Below, piece after piece: positions 39,226-53,200 of a DNA stretch of 64,000 nucleotides. A model generated the notes under the pieces. That model had not been told where the DNA came from and searched no databases. It was given only the letters and a program-made list of their open reading frames with translations. Origin of the DNA: Phoronis australis. Taxonomy: Eukaryota > Animalia > Phoronida. The DNA is taken from assembly GCA_002633005.1 (NCBI GenBank), contig NMRA01000021.1:1457392-1521391 (forward strand), written 5' to 3'. Made by a program: the position numbers and the translations under genes. Positions within the stretch are counted from its first letter, which is position 1. Each line of letters starts with the position of its first letter.

Positions 39226-42200
39226 TCACGAAACCACGCAAACTTTTGTTTTCTTCTGTGCCTTCGCCCAGTTTTGCTTCGCCCTACTGTCTTCCTCTTC
39301 CTCATGTTCTGGCTCCCCTCCCTCGTCCTGGCTGTCGTAATCATATGATTCATCGTCCACCAGCCGCACCTGAAATTTGATTGGTGCATTCAACAATGAT
39401 TGACAGGTCACCAGCGTCCAAAAACTCCGCGCCTGACCAATTGGTTTTGCTATTATACTCGGACGTTATGATTGGCTTCGAGCCTGATTAGAAACGTCCG
39501 TATGATTCCGTTCTGATTTCCATTTTGTTGTTAAGAAATATGGCATGTATAGAAGTTTTTCTCCAGTGTTGTCTTTTACAGGGGAAATCAATGAACAATG
39601 TCGCTGAGGCTAAAATGTCTGCTCGTGGAGAGACGCTTATATTCCGCCAAGTGCAACATTTAAACTTGGGTACTGGGAAGATTTGTTTTCCGTTGCATCT
39701 AAATTGAGCGTCATCTTGGTGACTAGTCCTTGAAATACCATTTCAAGCAATGTCGCTGACGCACAACTGTTGTATAGCAGTTCAAAGTCGGCCACATTCC
39801 TCCGATCAACACAACAAAAATGCCTTACTTAGTGTAGGCATATTTGAAAAAATATTCCTAAATGTAGTTTGCCATACTCTGTGAACTTTATCGCCGCACC
39901 TAAGTTACTGTGAAGTGAGACATTTAATTTAATTTAATTACAGCAAAATTTGGGATTAAATCATGTGAAGTTGTGCTAGTTTCAGTGTTGGAGTTCTTCC
40001 TTCACTTACTCTGGACTCTTCATCTCCCCATGTTCGATCTATGCGCTGAAATGGTAAGAGATTTTGGTAAACGCGTTTTCTCAAAATACAACATAACAAG
40101 TTCACCTTTTCTTTGTCCATTTACAATTATTCAACGATACATCTACAATTTCTTAAGTTGTGATAACGTTTTAAGCGTAAAATTCTCCATAAGAACTTCA
40201 GTAAGATTTAGCGTGTGTAGCAAAGACTCGGGGTAAAACAAGGGCAATATGGCGCGTTTTGCCCTGCTTCCGGTGACATCACACTGAGTAACTGAAAACT
40301 CGTAAGTGAGCTCATGTTGTGACTTGGGCTTTTGAAATGAACTCAAGTACGCAGACTTTGGGCATTCATGGCCTTTTTACTTACAAGATTTACATTCAAA
40401 TTTGACGTGTTCGGGGTGTAGCTACTGTTTAGAACATGACACCATGCATCTACTCATTTGGATCTTAAATAGTTGAATATTATTCGTCTGGTACGTAATG
40501 AAAGACAAGAATGGAGAAATACTCTGTGTTTACTGGGCTACGTTCCGTAAGCTCAATGGCACTTGTGAAGCGCTCACAGCGGAAAATCATCACTTATGGA
40601 AATGAAACGGTGAATCCCGTAATTCAACCTCCCAATGCGCGCCATTTTGATAGGATTCGCCAGTCCCGAACATTCTCGCGAAGTTCGCGTGCACTTGCTC
40701 TGTCTTGAGATTCCTGTGTCTGTGGAATGCATCAGTGATTGAACCAAAACCATCAAATACTGTCTTCAGTATAATTATACACGTGATGACCTAACAAATG
40801 TAGGTAAACTGTAGGTGTACCCTTGAGATCCTATCGCGTCTTTCTTGTTCGTCCAGGTACTGAGAGTCGGCTGCTTCTTCGAGTAGCTCTATCAAATGGT
40901 CGTGCCCGTGTTTCTTTGCCAGATCAATAGCGTTATTGCCGTCCTGTGCAAAGGATTAAAATGGTGTAAGCGCAAAGTGACTGGGTAAGAGAATAACTCG
41001 ATGTTCAGAATTTGCCGAAGTAGAAAGGAATCCTTCCAGATATTTCGTCACGTCGTTGAAAAAGGTCAAGCGTCAGAATATTGTAATCGGCCTTGCAGTG
41101 ACATGCTAAAACTTTGATGGAGAAAGGACAATGTCAATAGGCAAAATTAAAAATGTGAATTAATTTTATAAAACGACGTAAACTAAAGTGACTTATAACT
41201 TCTCTTTCGAAAGTGGTTTTCCCGCGTTCCGTCCACGACCACTATAGTAGGGCAAGAGTTGATTTCTGGATTTGCAAAAAGGTGATATTTCTTAATCTTC
41301 AGTGCTCGTCGCACAGAGTGTCTTGCCGTGACTTGCCAATTTCTAGAGCCTGGTCTTCAGCAATAACGACCGAAGTCCGGAAATCACGGCCTGGTACAAG
41401 TTGTGTCATGACGATAACTAGTCTATATCAAAAGTTGGTGTTTGTCACGGAAGACGGGTTTATTGCCCTTGAAAGGAATCTGGTGTAATCTTTTTAGTTA
41501 TTTAACCCCCCCCTCTCCGCGGAAAAAGGTCCAGCCCAGCCTATCCGTTAAAGACATAGGATACTGATGGACAACAACAAAAATTGTTGCAGCTACTGTA
41601 CTATATAACTACACTGACAACTGAGTTGGTAATAACTTCACCCGAGTGGTATTTGCGTAGATGACAGGATCGTGCAGACGATTAGAGGAGGCTTTGTCTT
41701 ACTCATCGGCATTGAACACACGTGACGGTTACATCGTAGAGTAGGTAACAAGGAAGTCTACAAGTAAATGTCTATACCTAGCTATGTATTTAGCGGCATA
41801 GGCTATAGTTGTCTGTAATCTATGATAGCAGCGAGAGAGCTCCCAAAAAGTAGTGCGGTGTGAATGCCTTGAAAGTGACCAAGAAACAAAACAGAAGAAA
41901 ATATAGGTTTGTTATCTGATATTGCTTGCTAGCATAGTACGGTAAAGGGCAGGCGTTTTCAAGTTTGGAATTGAACGTGTTCGTCAAATACAGGTAGGCC
42001 TATGTTCAACTGAGGGCCTTAATGAAAACTCCACAGTGTCGACGTTTTCAAAATATCAAAGGTCCAACGTTCAAGAAATTCGAACTACCCCCTGCGTAAT
42101 GCTGGCTACGGCCCTGATCAAATCCTTAAAGTCACTTATGGTATTAAATGTATAGACACTGGAATCGAACTTAACAACCTAGCTTAAACATTGTGGCTCA

Positions 42201-44925
42201 GGCTGACTGTATCACGAAGGCATGGGATATCTATGTCTTTGACAACGTGAGGGCATCCAACTACACTTGCGGAGCAGGCCGATGCTGATTTTGTACCGGG
42301 TATCGGCTTCCCGGTATTGGTCCAGTACCAGTTCAATGCAGTAAGTTAGTACATTGCATTTGCGTTTGAAATCTGACTCATTTTTTTCGAACACTGACCA
42401 GATCTTCTATGTTCGGATTTGTTCCGGCAACGACGAGGAATTGAACGAGTTCGTCTAGTGTCCCCTCCACCTTCAGTCGACGACTTTTTAGTGCCAGATT
42501 CAGTGCCGTGTCGCCCTCCTGCAAAATCATTGAACTCACGATAACTGTTGACAATCACATTGTTACAATTTTTATCGGTTCCGGGGGTCATGGGGACAAC
42601 TTTCAATACAACTTCCGTTATCATTTTTGGAAGCATTAAAATGTAAAAAGCTTAAATGAAACTTACATGGTCTTCGAAGTTAACGTCAACGCCAGCCTCC
42701 GTAAGTTGATGGAGCAAATTGATGACGTCTCGCCGATAATGGGTGACGGCGTAGTGAATGGCGCCCGCGCCATGCTGAAAGTATCAATTACCCAGATTTG
42801 ATTTAATTTGCTTTGACATGAAAACGTTCTTACAAAGATCGAAATCGTACTTCAATAATGTTTTTTTCTGATAAACTTTCACTGTGGTTTGATAATTATC
42901 TTACCTCATTTTGTAGGTCCAGAGGAGGAAAGTTTCGAAGGCATCTGTCGATGCCTGTATCATCTGAGTCTATAATGGCTTTAATTAATTGCATCTGAAA
43001 CAGCAGCAATACACGTTTTGATGAGATACTTAATTTTATTAGGTTGGCGTCAGTCAAAAACTGCAACTGTAACCAATCCTTAGTTTGGTAGCGAAACCTC
43101 AAACCCCTTAAAAATCAAAATCAAACATTTAGTGTTTTTCTGTTCACTGAACATTAACGTTGAACTGCCTCATTTGTGGTGGCCTCAAAACTGTTTATGT
43201 CTAACTTTCAGATTATTGATGGTGTGACAGAAATTTTTAAGTCCTGTTTCCTGATCATCATCTGTCCCAAACTGGCAATTATTTATAGAGAAGTCAAAAT
43301 TGTACCCCGTATCGCTTCTTAGCTATATCTTGAAGCTCATCAACCACACTTTCTGGGTCGTCACAGTCGAGCAATTTGATGACCTCCGCGTGACCTTTCG
43401 CGACAGCCACGTCGTAGGCCGATCTCAGCGACTGCACAAATAAAACATGTTCAAATGTGTGAAAAGGAATGGTAAAAAAATTCAAAAGTGAAAATTGGCT
43501 AATGCTGTGTGGCGCATTTGATGTTGTGAGTGTGCATATCCGCTGTCTAGTAGGTCATAAACGATATACAGATACCTAATGATTTAGATTATACTTGGGG
43601 AAAGTATTCATCGCTTAGGTCAAAAATTTGAAATTAACTTGCGGTCATCTCGTGAGAGTCACTTTGAGAAAAGCTAAAATTTGCGATATTTCTTGTCATG
43701 TGGTAGAAATCTTTATATGAAGTAATCAGCTTATTATTTAATTCTAATTGTTTCAACTCAGTCGACGACTTAGCACGATCATTATTTTCCTGCGTGCACT
43801 TATCAAGAGGTCGAACCTTGCTCTAAAAAGGATTAAAAACTTCTTGTACAAAAAATCCAAATAAAAAATTCCGGGACCACGTTTTGAATGATAATTTTTT
43901 CTGACGTCACTGGCTTATTATTTTGTGGGTATTGTACAATCATATCGCCAAACGTGTGAAATATGTTGTTGTGAGAAAGCGTTTGGGAAATGCTCAACAT
44001 TACCTTGTTCTTTAACAAAGGATCAGCTTCGTGTTCCAAAAGTGATAAGACGCTGAACAAAAGCCTCTCAGACGCCTGGAACTTCATAGCTCTGTGGAGA
44101 CTGGTGTCGCCCTCTGGTAGAGTCACGGCATTAACGTCCGCACCGTACTCGATCAGTAAATCGATGATCTCTGGCACGGAATCGTCCGTGCAACGCATGA
44201 GTGCGTGCAATGGAGTTTCTCCATGCTGAAAATAGTTCTGATGTATTAAAAATAGTTACGGTATAACTTTTTGTTACTGGAAACGTCCGTACACGTTTCC
44301 GAAAACAACCAAAGCACGAACCTCACGTCACTTAGCAATGGTAAGTAAATGATTTTGTCGATGGAGGTTTTCTAAGTCCTCGTGAACACCTTTCCAGGCA
44401 TGCGCAAACACGTAGACGACTTACCGGTTTAAAGATACGGTGACTATTTGCCCTCTGGAAATTGCCATCAAACAACCTCGCAACTATGTAAATCCGTCGA
44501 GTTCCTCATTACAAAATATCGACAGAAAAATGGGTTTTTGCCTCCAAAGGGGTTTCTAAAAATTTCAAATTTTATTTATAGCAACAATGTGCACAGTGGT
44601 CGTGCATTTTGTTAAAAAGCACCAACATTGCCAAATTTTTGACGAACACTTTACTAACGCGGTTATAACAAGAGGTTTTGAAAAACAATTATGTTCGGTT
44701 TTCAGCAAATGCTTAAATATATTTTGCTCGCTGCTACATGTTCATTATCAAACCTGATTTACGGGTTTTCAAGAAGCTGTTTTGTATATCTCAACGCACC
44801 TTGTTGTAGGCATTTACGTCGACAGATTGTCTCTCCAACAATCGTTTGATGGCACGCACCCGCCCTTTCTTGCACGCCTCATGAAGCTCACTGTCGTCAA
44901 AATGTAACTGTTGCCTTCTGGCCAT
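39226..44925 (-). CDS. Ankyrin-repeat protein (~325 aa) with acidic tail and putative C-terminal CaaX motif
   Basis: Phase-0 exons 44925-44800 (MARRQ..ELHEACKKG..VNAYNK), 44225-44004 (HGETPLH..GADVNA..GDTSLH), 43431-43306, 42994-42905, 42774-42667 (HGAGAIHYAV..GVDVN), 40943-40821 (DGNNAIDLAKKHG), 40045-40010 and 39369-39226 (..KKTKVCVVS*). The ankyrin exons are solid; joining of the last three exons is inferred. Confidence 0.75.
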
Positions 44926-45305
44926 AGCAGTAATGGCGGCAGCACTGACGTTAGCAAAAAGTGCACCACGTATGAGTGGGCGCCATGACGCTGAAATTGT
45001 AAATTTGCATTGTCACTGAATATACAGAGGTGCGGGAAATCGGTTTGGAAGTTTGGAATACTGAACGTTTAGGTGGTAATTGTGAAAATGCGTAGAGCTT
45101 CATACTGTGTCGACTTAGGTATGAAAGCCCAAGTTGCCTTGTGCAAGTCAAACAAGAATAAATCAAGTTTGCTGCAGAAGCAACAGGTGACGTCCAACCA
45201 ATTTCAGTGTTCGCATTGTAGACAAAGCAAATGTATTAACGAAATAATAATACTGGTACATAAATGCAAAACATATTTCTACATTCCTTGATCATTGTTC
45301 TTTCA

Positions 45306-45357
<52 letters not shown>

Positions 45358-46138
45358 TAACAGTAACAGTCAGATATATATATATACACACTAACAGTAA
45401 CAGTCAGATATATATATATATATATATATACACACTAACAGTAACAGTCATACGACCCATGCAGAGGGATCTTAAGTTTTTCTCAAACCTTATTTAGTGG
45501 CCTCCATTCTAACTAGTATATCTAAAAAAACTAAGCTTTGTCAACTAGTAAAAGTATATATATATATATATATATATATANTTTCTTGCACGCCTCATGA
45601 AGCTCACTGTCGTCAAAATGTAACTGTTGCCTTCTGGCCATAGCAGTAATGGCGGCAGCACTGACGTTAGCAAAAAGTGCACCACGTATGAGTGGGCGCC
45701 ATGACGCTGAAATTGTAAATTTGCAGTGTCACTGAATATACAGATGTGCGGGAAATCGGTTTGGAAGTTTGGAATACTGAACGTTTAGGTGGTAATTGTG
45801 AAAATGCGTAAAGCTTCATACTGTGTCGACTTAGGTATGAAAGCCCAAGTTGCCTTGTGCAAGTCAAACAAGAATAAATCAAGTTTGCTGCAGAAGCAAC
45901 AGGTGACGTCCAAACAATTTCAATGTTCGCATTGTAGACAAAGCAAATTAATGTATTAACGAAATAATAATACTGGTACATAAATGCAAAACATATTTCT
46001 ACATTCCTTGATCATTTTATATATATATATATACTTTTACTAGTTGACAAAGCTTAGTTTTTTAGATATACGAGTTAGAATACAGGCCACTAAATAAGGT
46101 TTGAGAAAAACTTAAGATCCCTCTGCATGGGTCGTATG
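44866..46138. repeat. Duplication of the ankyrin gene 5' region (44866-45295 vs 45582-46015) with TA/CA microsatellites and an inverted ~110-bp block
   Basis: Direct copies flank the N at 45581; 45449-45556 is the reverse complement of ~46030-46138. Confidence 0.9.
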
Positions 46139-49100
46139 TAGTCATAAGAGTCGTAAATAGCGATTCACCGAATTACCACAATAAATCTATTTATCGCCAA
46201 ATCCCCTCTTCCACAAACATTGTAATTGATAAGAAAATTTACATCTTGCGTTTGCACTTCGTTGTAGGCAATTACATGGACTTGACTGTTTTAAAGTGGA
46301 ACTGCACGCTAATTCCTTATCTCTGTGATTGCTTGGTCAAATTAGTTACAAACACAACATATAGCGGCGATGTGATTATGAAGCCCGTTGAAAATTGCCA
46401 TGTTTTTTAAGAACACGTTTTGTGTCGAAAATGTTCTGTCGTAAGTCATTCAACCGCGTCCTATAAGTATCGTGACGTAGTGTTGGGGAATAACACCGCA
46501 TGATGTGGGCTATGTGAACTCCCAAGCTACGTCATTAGTGCAAAAGTAACCCATTTGCAGAATTTTTGTTTTCAAATTTTCAAGTTGTCAGTTAATACAA
46601 CCGCACTTTGTTTAGCGTGCATGATGTTCAACTAGCATTGTCGCATAGTGCCTGCTACATAGCATAGTTAGGAGCTTGTAAATACAGCTTTAAAATCAGC
46701 TAAGTTACGCAATGTTTCTCCTGATCTCTAATGCTCCAAGACGGCCACAGTATAGTTTGCGGAGAAAACAATGACACGTCTGTTTGTTTTAAGATCCACT
46801 GTGTCTGCTAACGTCGGATCTTAAAAATTTAGTTTGTTAATGCTACTTGCGATAGCTGATATCTTAATTCTGACGGTTGCCATGTTTTTCTTACGCATTT
46901 ATTAGTTGTATGGGTCGTGCTTCAGATAAACCAAGAAAAGGGCACTTGGAATAAAGCACTATGCATGTACTTCCCAATATTTCTGTTTTATGGATTTTCC
47001 TCACTCTGCCCAATGCTCGATGAAAGCATGTCGTTTTTTTTCAGTACGGTATATGCGCACCATGTTAAAAGTCAATGAGAAAGGTCATTTTTTGAGATGA
47101 ATGCTTTTAATGGCAGTTTCAACCTTTACTGCCGCTGGTGTAGTGTTGGTAATAAAACTGCGATAAGGGGCTAGAGTGTGCCGAATTAAACACGCTCCAT
47201 CGTTGTCTTGTAAATACCTCAAAAAATGAAATTCTGCCTTTGATTTGTCTGCTGTAATACTCCTAGTTCACTAAACGAGTATTAATTGCTCTGTCTTTAG
47301 CCCGATACTTCATTAAAAGTGTCATTCAAACTAGTTCTACTCGCACCTTCGTATTCGGCGTCAAAGAATTATACAGTACATCACCAGTCCCTAAAAGGAC
47401 ATCCACTGTACATACTAGTTTCAAACGGGGAATTTCATATGTGCCGTCTGTCAATATGTGTACATGTAGTGTCATTAGAAAATAGAAACAGCTAGAAATT
47501 TAGTGTACATCAAAATTGTAGTTTACTGTAGCAGTAACAAGCATATTTATTTATGTCCATGAAATTTTGTTGGGCAATAATCATGATTTTGCCAAACGTG
47601 TGGAAGTGGTTTCAACAGTGAATATTGGGTTGTGTTTGAACGTGTATTTGCCCTTATGTTATAAAAAATTGAACACGTGAATCCACTGGAAAGTGAGCTT
47701 AGACCCCTCTACGTGCATTGACGAAAGCTGGCGACGATCGATTTCCCACGACGTGTACATTGGTATTTCAGAGCGTCACCAGTTCTTTGTTATTCAAGTG
47801 ATATAACCCCCAGACTGAGACCAATCTTTCCGGCTTCACCTTCATCGAAGTTCATGTACCTTTTAGCCAAGTTCTTACCTTTTTACTCTGAACGCGTACT
47901 GTAGATACAACATCGACGTATGAACTGACGACATATATTCATGACCTGTTATGCGAAGTGGTTGTAAAGTTGTGCATGGCACCGAGACAAAAACTTTACT
48001 GACAATAGGTATATTTAGCTTCAGTAAACACACTCCCTTTCTTGGAGAGGAGTAATGTTTGCAGAAGTGCAACTGGCTTGAGAACTGCGGTAGTCAGTTT
48101 TCTAATAATTGGAACAAACTTGCAAAATTATAGATGGTTTAGACCTATATGCTTGTGTCGACTAACCGGCTGATCTTTTGTTACGTACTGCATTGATCAG
48201 TGAGTTCCAGAGAGAAATGTCAACTATCAATTGACTGCCTAAAGAAGTGACTATTAATCGATTAATTTTCTAATATTGTCTAGTGTGGCGTCGTGTTTTA
48301 TGGAATACCTAGCATTAAAATTTGCATGTCGGTGCTGGAGGAAATTTTTTTTAGCAAATACACATTACTTTTCTACGCGGCAGAAAGCGCTAGGCTAGGT
48401 CATATGAGGAACACTTGTAAATTTGTTTATGCCTCATCAGTAACTGACTATTGTAGTGCTGTTTAAAATGGAAATTTTTCACTCATACGACCATCAACGG
48501 CAGACTTCATATTAACATGAGTGAAGAAAAAAGTCTTAACCAACCTTGAGTTCAATTTCGAACAATTTCTGTTTTCCTCGTCAACGTATTTTTTTCTTTG
48601 AAGTTTAATTATTTTCCATATAATTGTCAGGGTTAACTAAAAGTGTTTCGTTATCGCTTCAGAAGTGTGTTCGTCAGTCGGTATTCATTTTCTTGTAAAC
48701 CAAAAGCAGTGTAAAACAAAGTACTCAGTGCTTTTTTGTCGTGAAACTGGGAAGTCGCTTTCGAATACACGGCACAAAGTCACAAGTCGCACATGTAAAT
48801 ATTTCCAATTACAGTAATGTGCAATGCAGTAATCTTTATTTTGGGAATAAACAGTTTCCAAGAAAGTTGAACTGACTTTCAAAATGCCCATTGCCTAGAA
48901 TGAAGACGTGGCATACGAATTTGCATTGTTGATCCACTCATGTTTATTCAGGCCTTAGTGAGCTGTCACGTCACACTTATCAATGTCAGGTCTAGCATAT
49001 CGCGAGGGTCACGTGACATGAAGGCCTACTCAATGCGCTGTTTTTCTGTTGTTCCCGGAACTCTTCCCCCATAAATGCGCCTATGCATATTGTTTTAAAG

Positions 49101-50226
49101 ATTTTTTTCCTGAGCATTTTTTAATTAATCGATTGTAATATTATGTCTCTAACTAAATACCACTGATGCTTGATACTCAGTTTCATTTTATGTGTGTTTG
49201 CATCTGGTTCTTCCACAGAAGCGGTGTGGGTGAGTCGGTGCCTCTCAGTTGAGTGAATAGTTTGCGACGAGTTTCCTGACGAAAGGCAGCCTATTCTGAT
49301 TTTTAATTCAGAAAAGCAACAACAATTTGACAAGGTTCACGTTTTGAGTTCAAACTCTGACAAATAATTCCTTTTAACAACTACAAAGACATACTGAAGG
49401 GGTTTAGTGTTGTCTTTATTTATAAAACATTCGTTGCAAAATAAAGTATTCATTTTGATAACATACACTTTAGCTTCGCGTAATTTCAGGTTTAATGGCA
49501 AGCACAAATCCGTACGAAAAGATGTTTTTTCATGGAGCACCCCTGCGAATGATTGGTTGTCCGGGACATTCCAAATCATTTGGTGATCCTAATTTTCGAG
49601 CTGTACTGCGATGAGAAAATGAGTGCCCTGGAATAAATTTACACCAAAAGACTAGGCATAAGTGGTGAGTTATATACGCACCACCTTTTGACAAATTAGA
49701 ATACACCAAATTCTCATCGTTTGCTGTGTAATGACCGAGTTTTGACTATTGTTTGAGCATGTGCAGGTAGATTACACAGAATAATAGTTTAATCAAGTTA
49801 CCGTATCGTTACACGCATTACGTAATAGCGATTGTTGGGTATTGCGATAAAACGCGTCGTTAATCTGCCTTAGTAAATATTTAGAGGATCCGATCTTTAA
49901 TCTTTGCGCGCTATGACGTAGCTAGTGCGCTCTCCACCCAAGACAGATTTGCTAAATATAGCACAAACTCGTAGTGAGTAATCACAAACGGGTTTTTGAT
50001 CTTAAGTATTCAGCTCACCGCAACGCCGTCTTACTGTGGTAGTACTCGTCAAACCAGTTTCATTGTTATTCTAATCCAATCGATTATAGCCTGTATCCAT
50101 CTTGAATGACACAGGGAGTGATATTGGTCTAGCACAGGTGATCCGATTGTAACACCTGAGAATACGCGCAAGCCCGCATTTTGCGCGAGAAACTGTGAAA
50201 ATACTACAGCTGATAACAAGGATTAC

Positions 50227-53200
50227 ATGACAGTCATGGAGACCAACCAGTACTCGGAGACGACGAGAGTTTATCACACGAATTACGTGCGTAACTCTCG
50301 AGCGATCACCGTACTATGGGGAGTTCTCACGATCTGCTTCGCCATTATCAACATAGTCATCTTTATACAGCCCCACTGGATCGGAGACTCGCCGTCGTCG
50401 CCCGGAGCCGGTTACTTCGGCCTCTATGAGTATTGTCTTCTGGAAAACAGCCTACAATGTCGGGGAAGATTCGACGATTTCTCAACTATTCTCTCGCCTC
50501 CGTTCACCGCGGCAAGTTTCTTCATCGGGTTCTCGGCTCTACTCGTTCTGGTCTGCATATTGTGTTTCCTGTTGTTCTTCTTCATGTCGACGAAGATTGT
50601 GCTGTTCGTGTGTGGTTGGATTCAATTTGTCTGCTGTGAGTATAACACGTTTGGTTAATATTTTGTAAATTTGGTGACGGTTTTCAACATCATCGTCTAA
50701 GGGTATATTTTGCCAACAGGTGTCGCATGCAATACACATTTCGGATACAGGCCGCGTCGATCTGCTGTTGGCAAGTTTTTACTTGCCTTCGTATATTGAA
50801 AATAAATGCATTTCGTCAGGACTTGAAAAGATTGCTGTCCGGATGATATTAGGCAACACCTTACTCTTGGATAGTATGAATTGCGTATGTGCGTGTTTAA
50901 ATTTTACAACACACCCATAAATATATTCACATTGAGGAAATGAATATGATTTCATGCACACCACGCAGAAATGAGTCTTCATGAGTGTCATACTGCTCAG
51001 ACCAGTGCAAAACGAGCTTCAGATAGCATCTCTGGTATGCTTAGGCCTACATGTATTCTATTTCTTGAAGACCAGTTATAATGCTGATGGTGCTAACGAC
51101 GATGATAATGGTGATGGGTATTGATAATAATGATGATGTTGGTAACGACGATGGGAATGGTGATGGGTATTGATAATAATAATGATGTTGGTAACGACGA
51201 TGGGAATGGTGGCTGATGACAACGGTCCGATGATGATGATGATAATGATATGTTGATGATGGCGATGTTGAGCAATTTGGGTTTGTCCTAAACGCCGTCG
51301 TAAATTCATTGCTGATCGAAAAACAGGCACGTGTGAACACCTAGGTTTGAAAACAACTGATGAATCATTACGTTTTTTCTTCTTTATTTGTACAGATGCA
51401 TGGCCATCGACCCAAAGTGCCGGTACAACAAACAAACAAACAAACAAACAAACAAACAAACAAACAAACAAACAAACAAACAAACAAACAAACGAGATTA
51501 TTGCGGGGTTATACACACTAGTCAACAATACACAAGCTGTTCCGATTTTTAGATGCGTGGTATACATATTTCACAACTGAGGCATCAGCATTACATAACA
51601 GTATATGAAACTTAAACTAAGACGGACTTGTCCAGAGACTCTTACTTAGCAACTTGGTTCTGATTTCGGAAAAAGCGTCACAAACTAACAAAAAGTGACA
51701 TTCATCCTCGACACAATTCCTCGAGCAATCTGTCTTGATATATCACAGTTATATGACGACCATTTCTACTGCCAGTCTGTGTTTTGTTCATCGAAAACGC
51801 ATAAAATTTTACACAAACACTCTTGGAAGATTATCAATTTCTAAAAAGTTTTCATGCTCAACCTTAAAAATTTTGTAATAGTTTAACTTAGAATTGGAAT
51901 CAAGGTCGGAATGCCAGCTTTGCAAAGCACAGTCCTTAACACGTTGTGTGAAAATATTTACAAACAACTCTTGACACGCGACTCCTTGGTTTACCCAAAC
52001 ATCATAGAAACCATACTTCGACAATAAATTGTGAACTGAGCTTGCCCAATTATACATATGTCTACCATTTTCATCTAGTCTGTACAAAATGTTGTAAGCG
52101 ACCCTTGGATAACGTTCCTGTGGCATATTCAAAAATATAACCAGTATTTAATACAGCTAAGAAAGTATCTCGTAAACATAGGGTATCCGCCACATTTATC
52201 CAATACTGCAGCTTTAGAGCAAGAACCGCCAAGTCCCAAGATTCATTTACAAAATTTTTAATGATTTTTTTCTAAACACTCGTATTCTTTAAAACCCCAA
52301 ATCTCAGCACCATAACACAATGTTGGGTACACCAGTTTATCAAATAATTGAAAGGCAAGTGACGGGGGCATGTCGCGACATCTGCGCTGTAATTTCAAAA
52401 CACGTGAGGCAGCTTTATTTGCTTGACAAGAGAGAGAGTTTTTGTCGCTTTCGACCACGGCAATTTAGGTGTGATAAAAACACCAAAATATTTATAATGA
52501 GATACAGCNCTCAACTTGCTAATTGTTAAACCATTTCTCATAATGTCTTAAAGGACCTCCATTTCTAAGTACAATTACTTTGGTTTTCTTTAAATTCACA
52601 GCCATACCTCATGAGTCACAATAATCATTGAGACAATTCAACATAAGTTGCAAGTTAGACGCTATTAGAGAGCACAAAACCATGTCATCTGCGTATAATA
52701 GTGAATTAATATTTGTAGCATGCTCATCTAAGTAGATGCTATTTATGTCACAAAGTGAATTGAGTTTTTCTAAAAAACTCATTGAGGTACAAAACAAATA
52801 GCAGAGGGTTTATCATACAGCCTTGACGAGTACCAATAGTGCAATTAAATATGTCTGTTTAACTCATGATCTCAACTTGCTATACATTGATCGCAGAATT
52901 GATTACATGAAAATTAATTTGCATAAGTATATGAAAAGGTAAAACATGTGGCACTCGATCAAAAGCCTTTGCAAAGTCAATAAATGCACAACAGAATCTG
53001 TCACCCTTCTTGCTTATGTGTTTCTGACATATCGCATACAAAGAAAATATATGATCCACAGTCGCGTAACCCTTGCGGAACCCTGCCTGCGTTTTCGAAG
53101 ACGTGCAAACCACTTTTGTTGATGATTCATGATTAGAATATTCAACGAGGTATCGTAGTGTAATGCAGGCACCGTGTTATTTACACAATGCCATATGTAT

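Noticed and set aside
39226-44925. Ankyrin gene as ASZ1 (ST7 neighbour in vertebrates)
   Set aside because: No SAM domain or ASZ1-like C-terminus visible.
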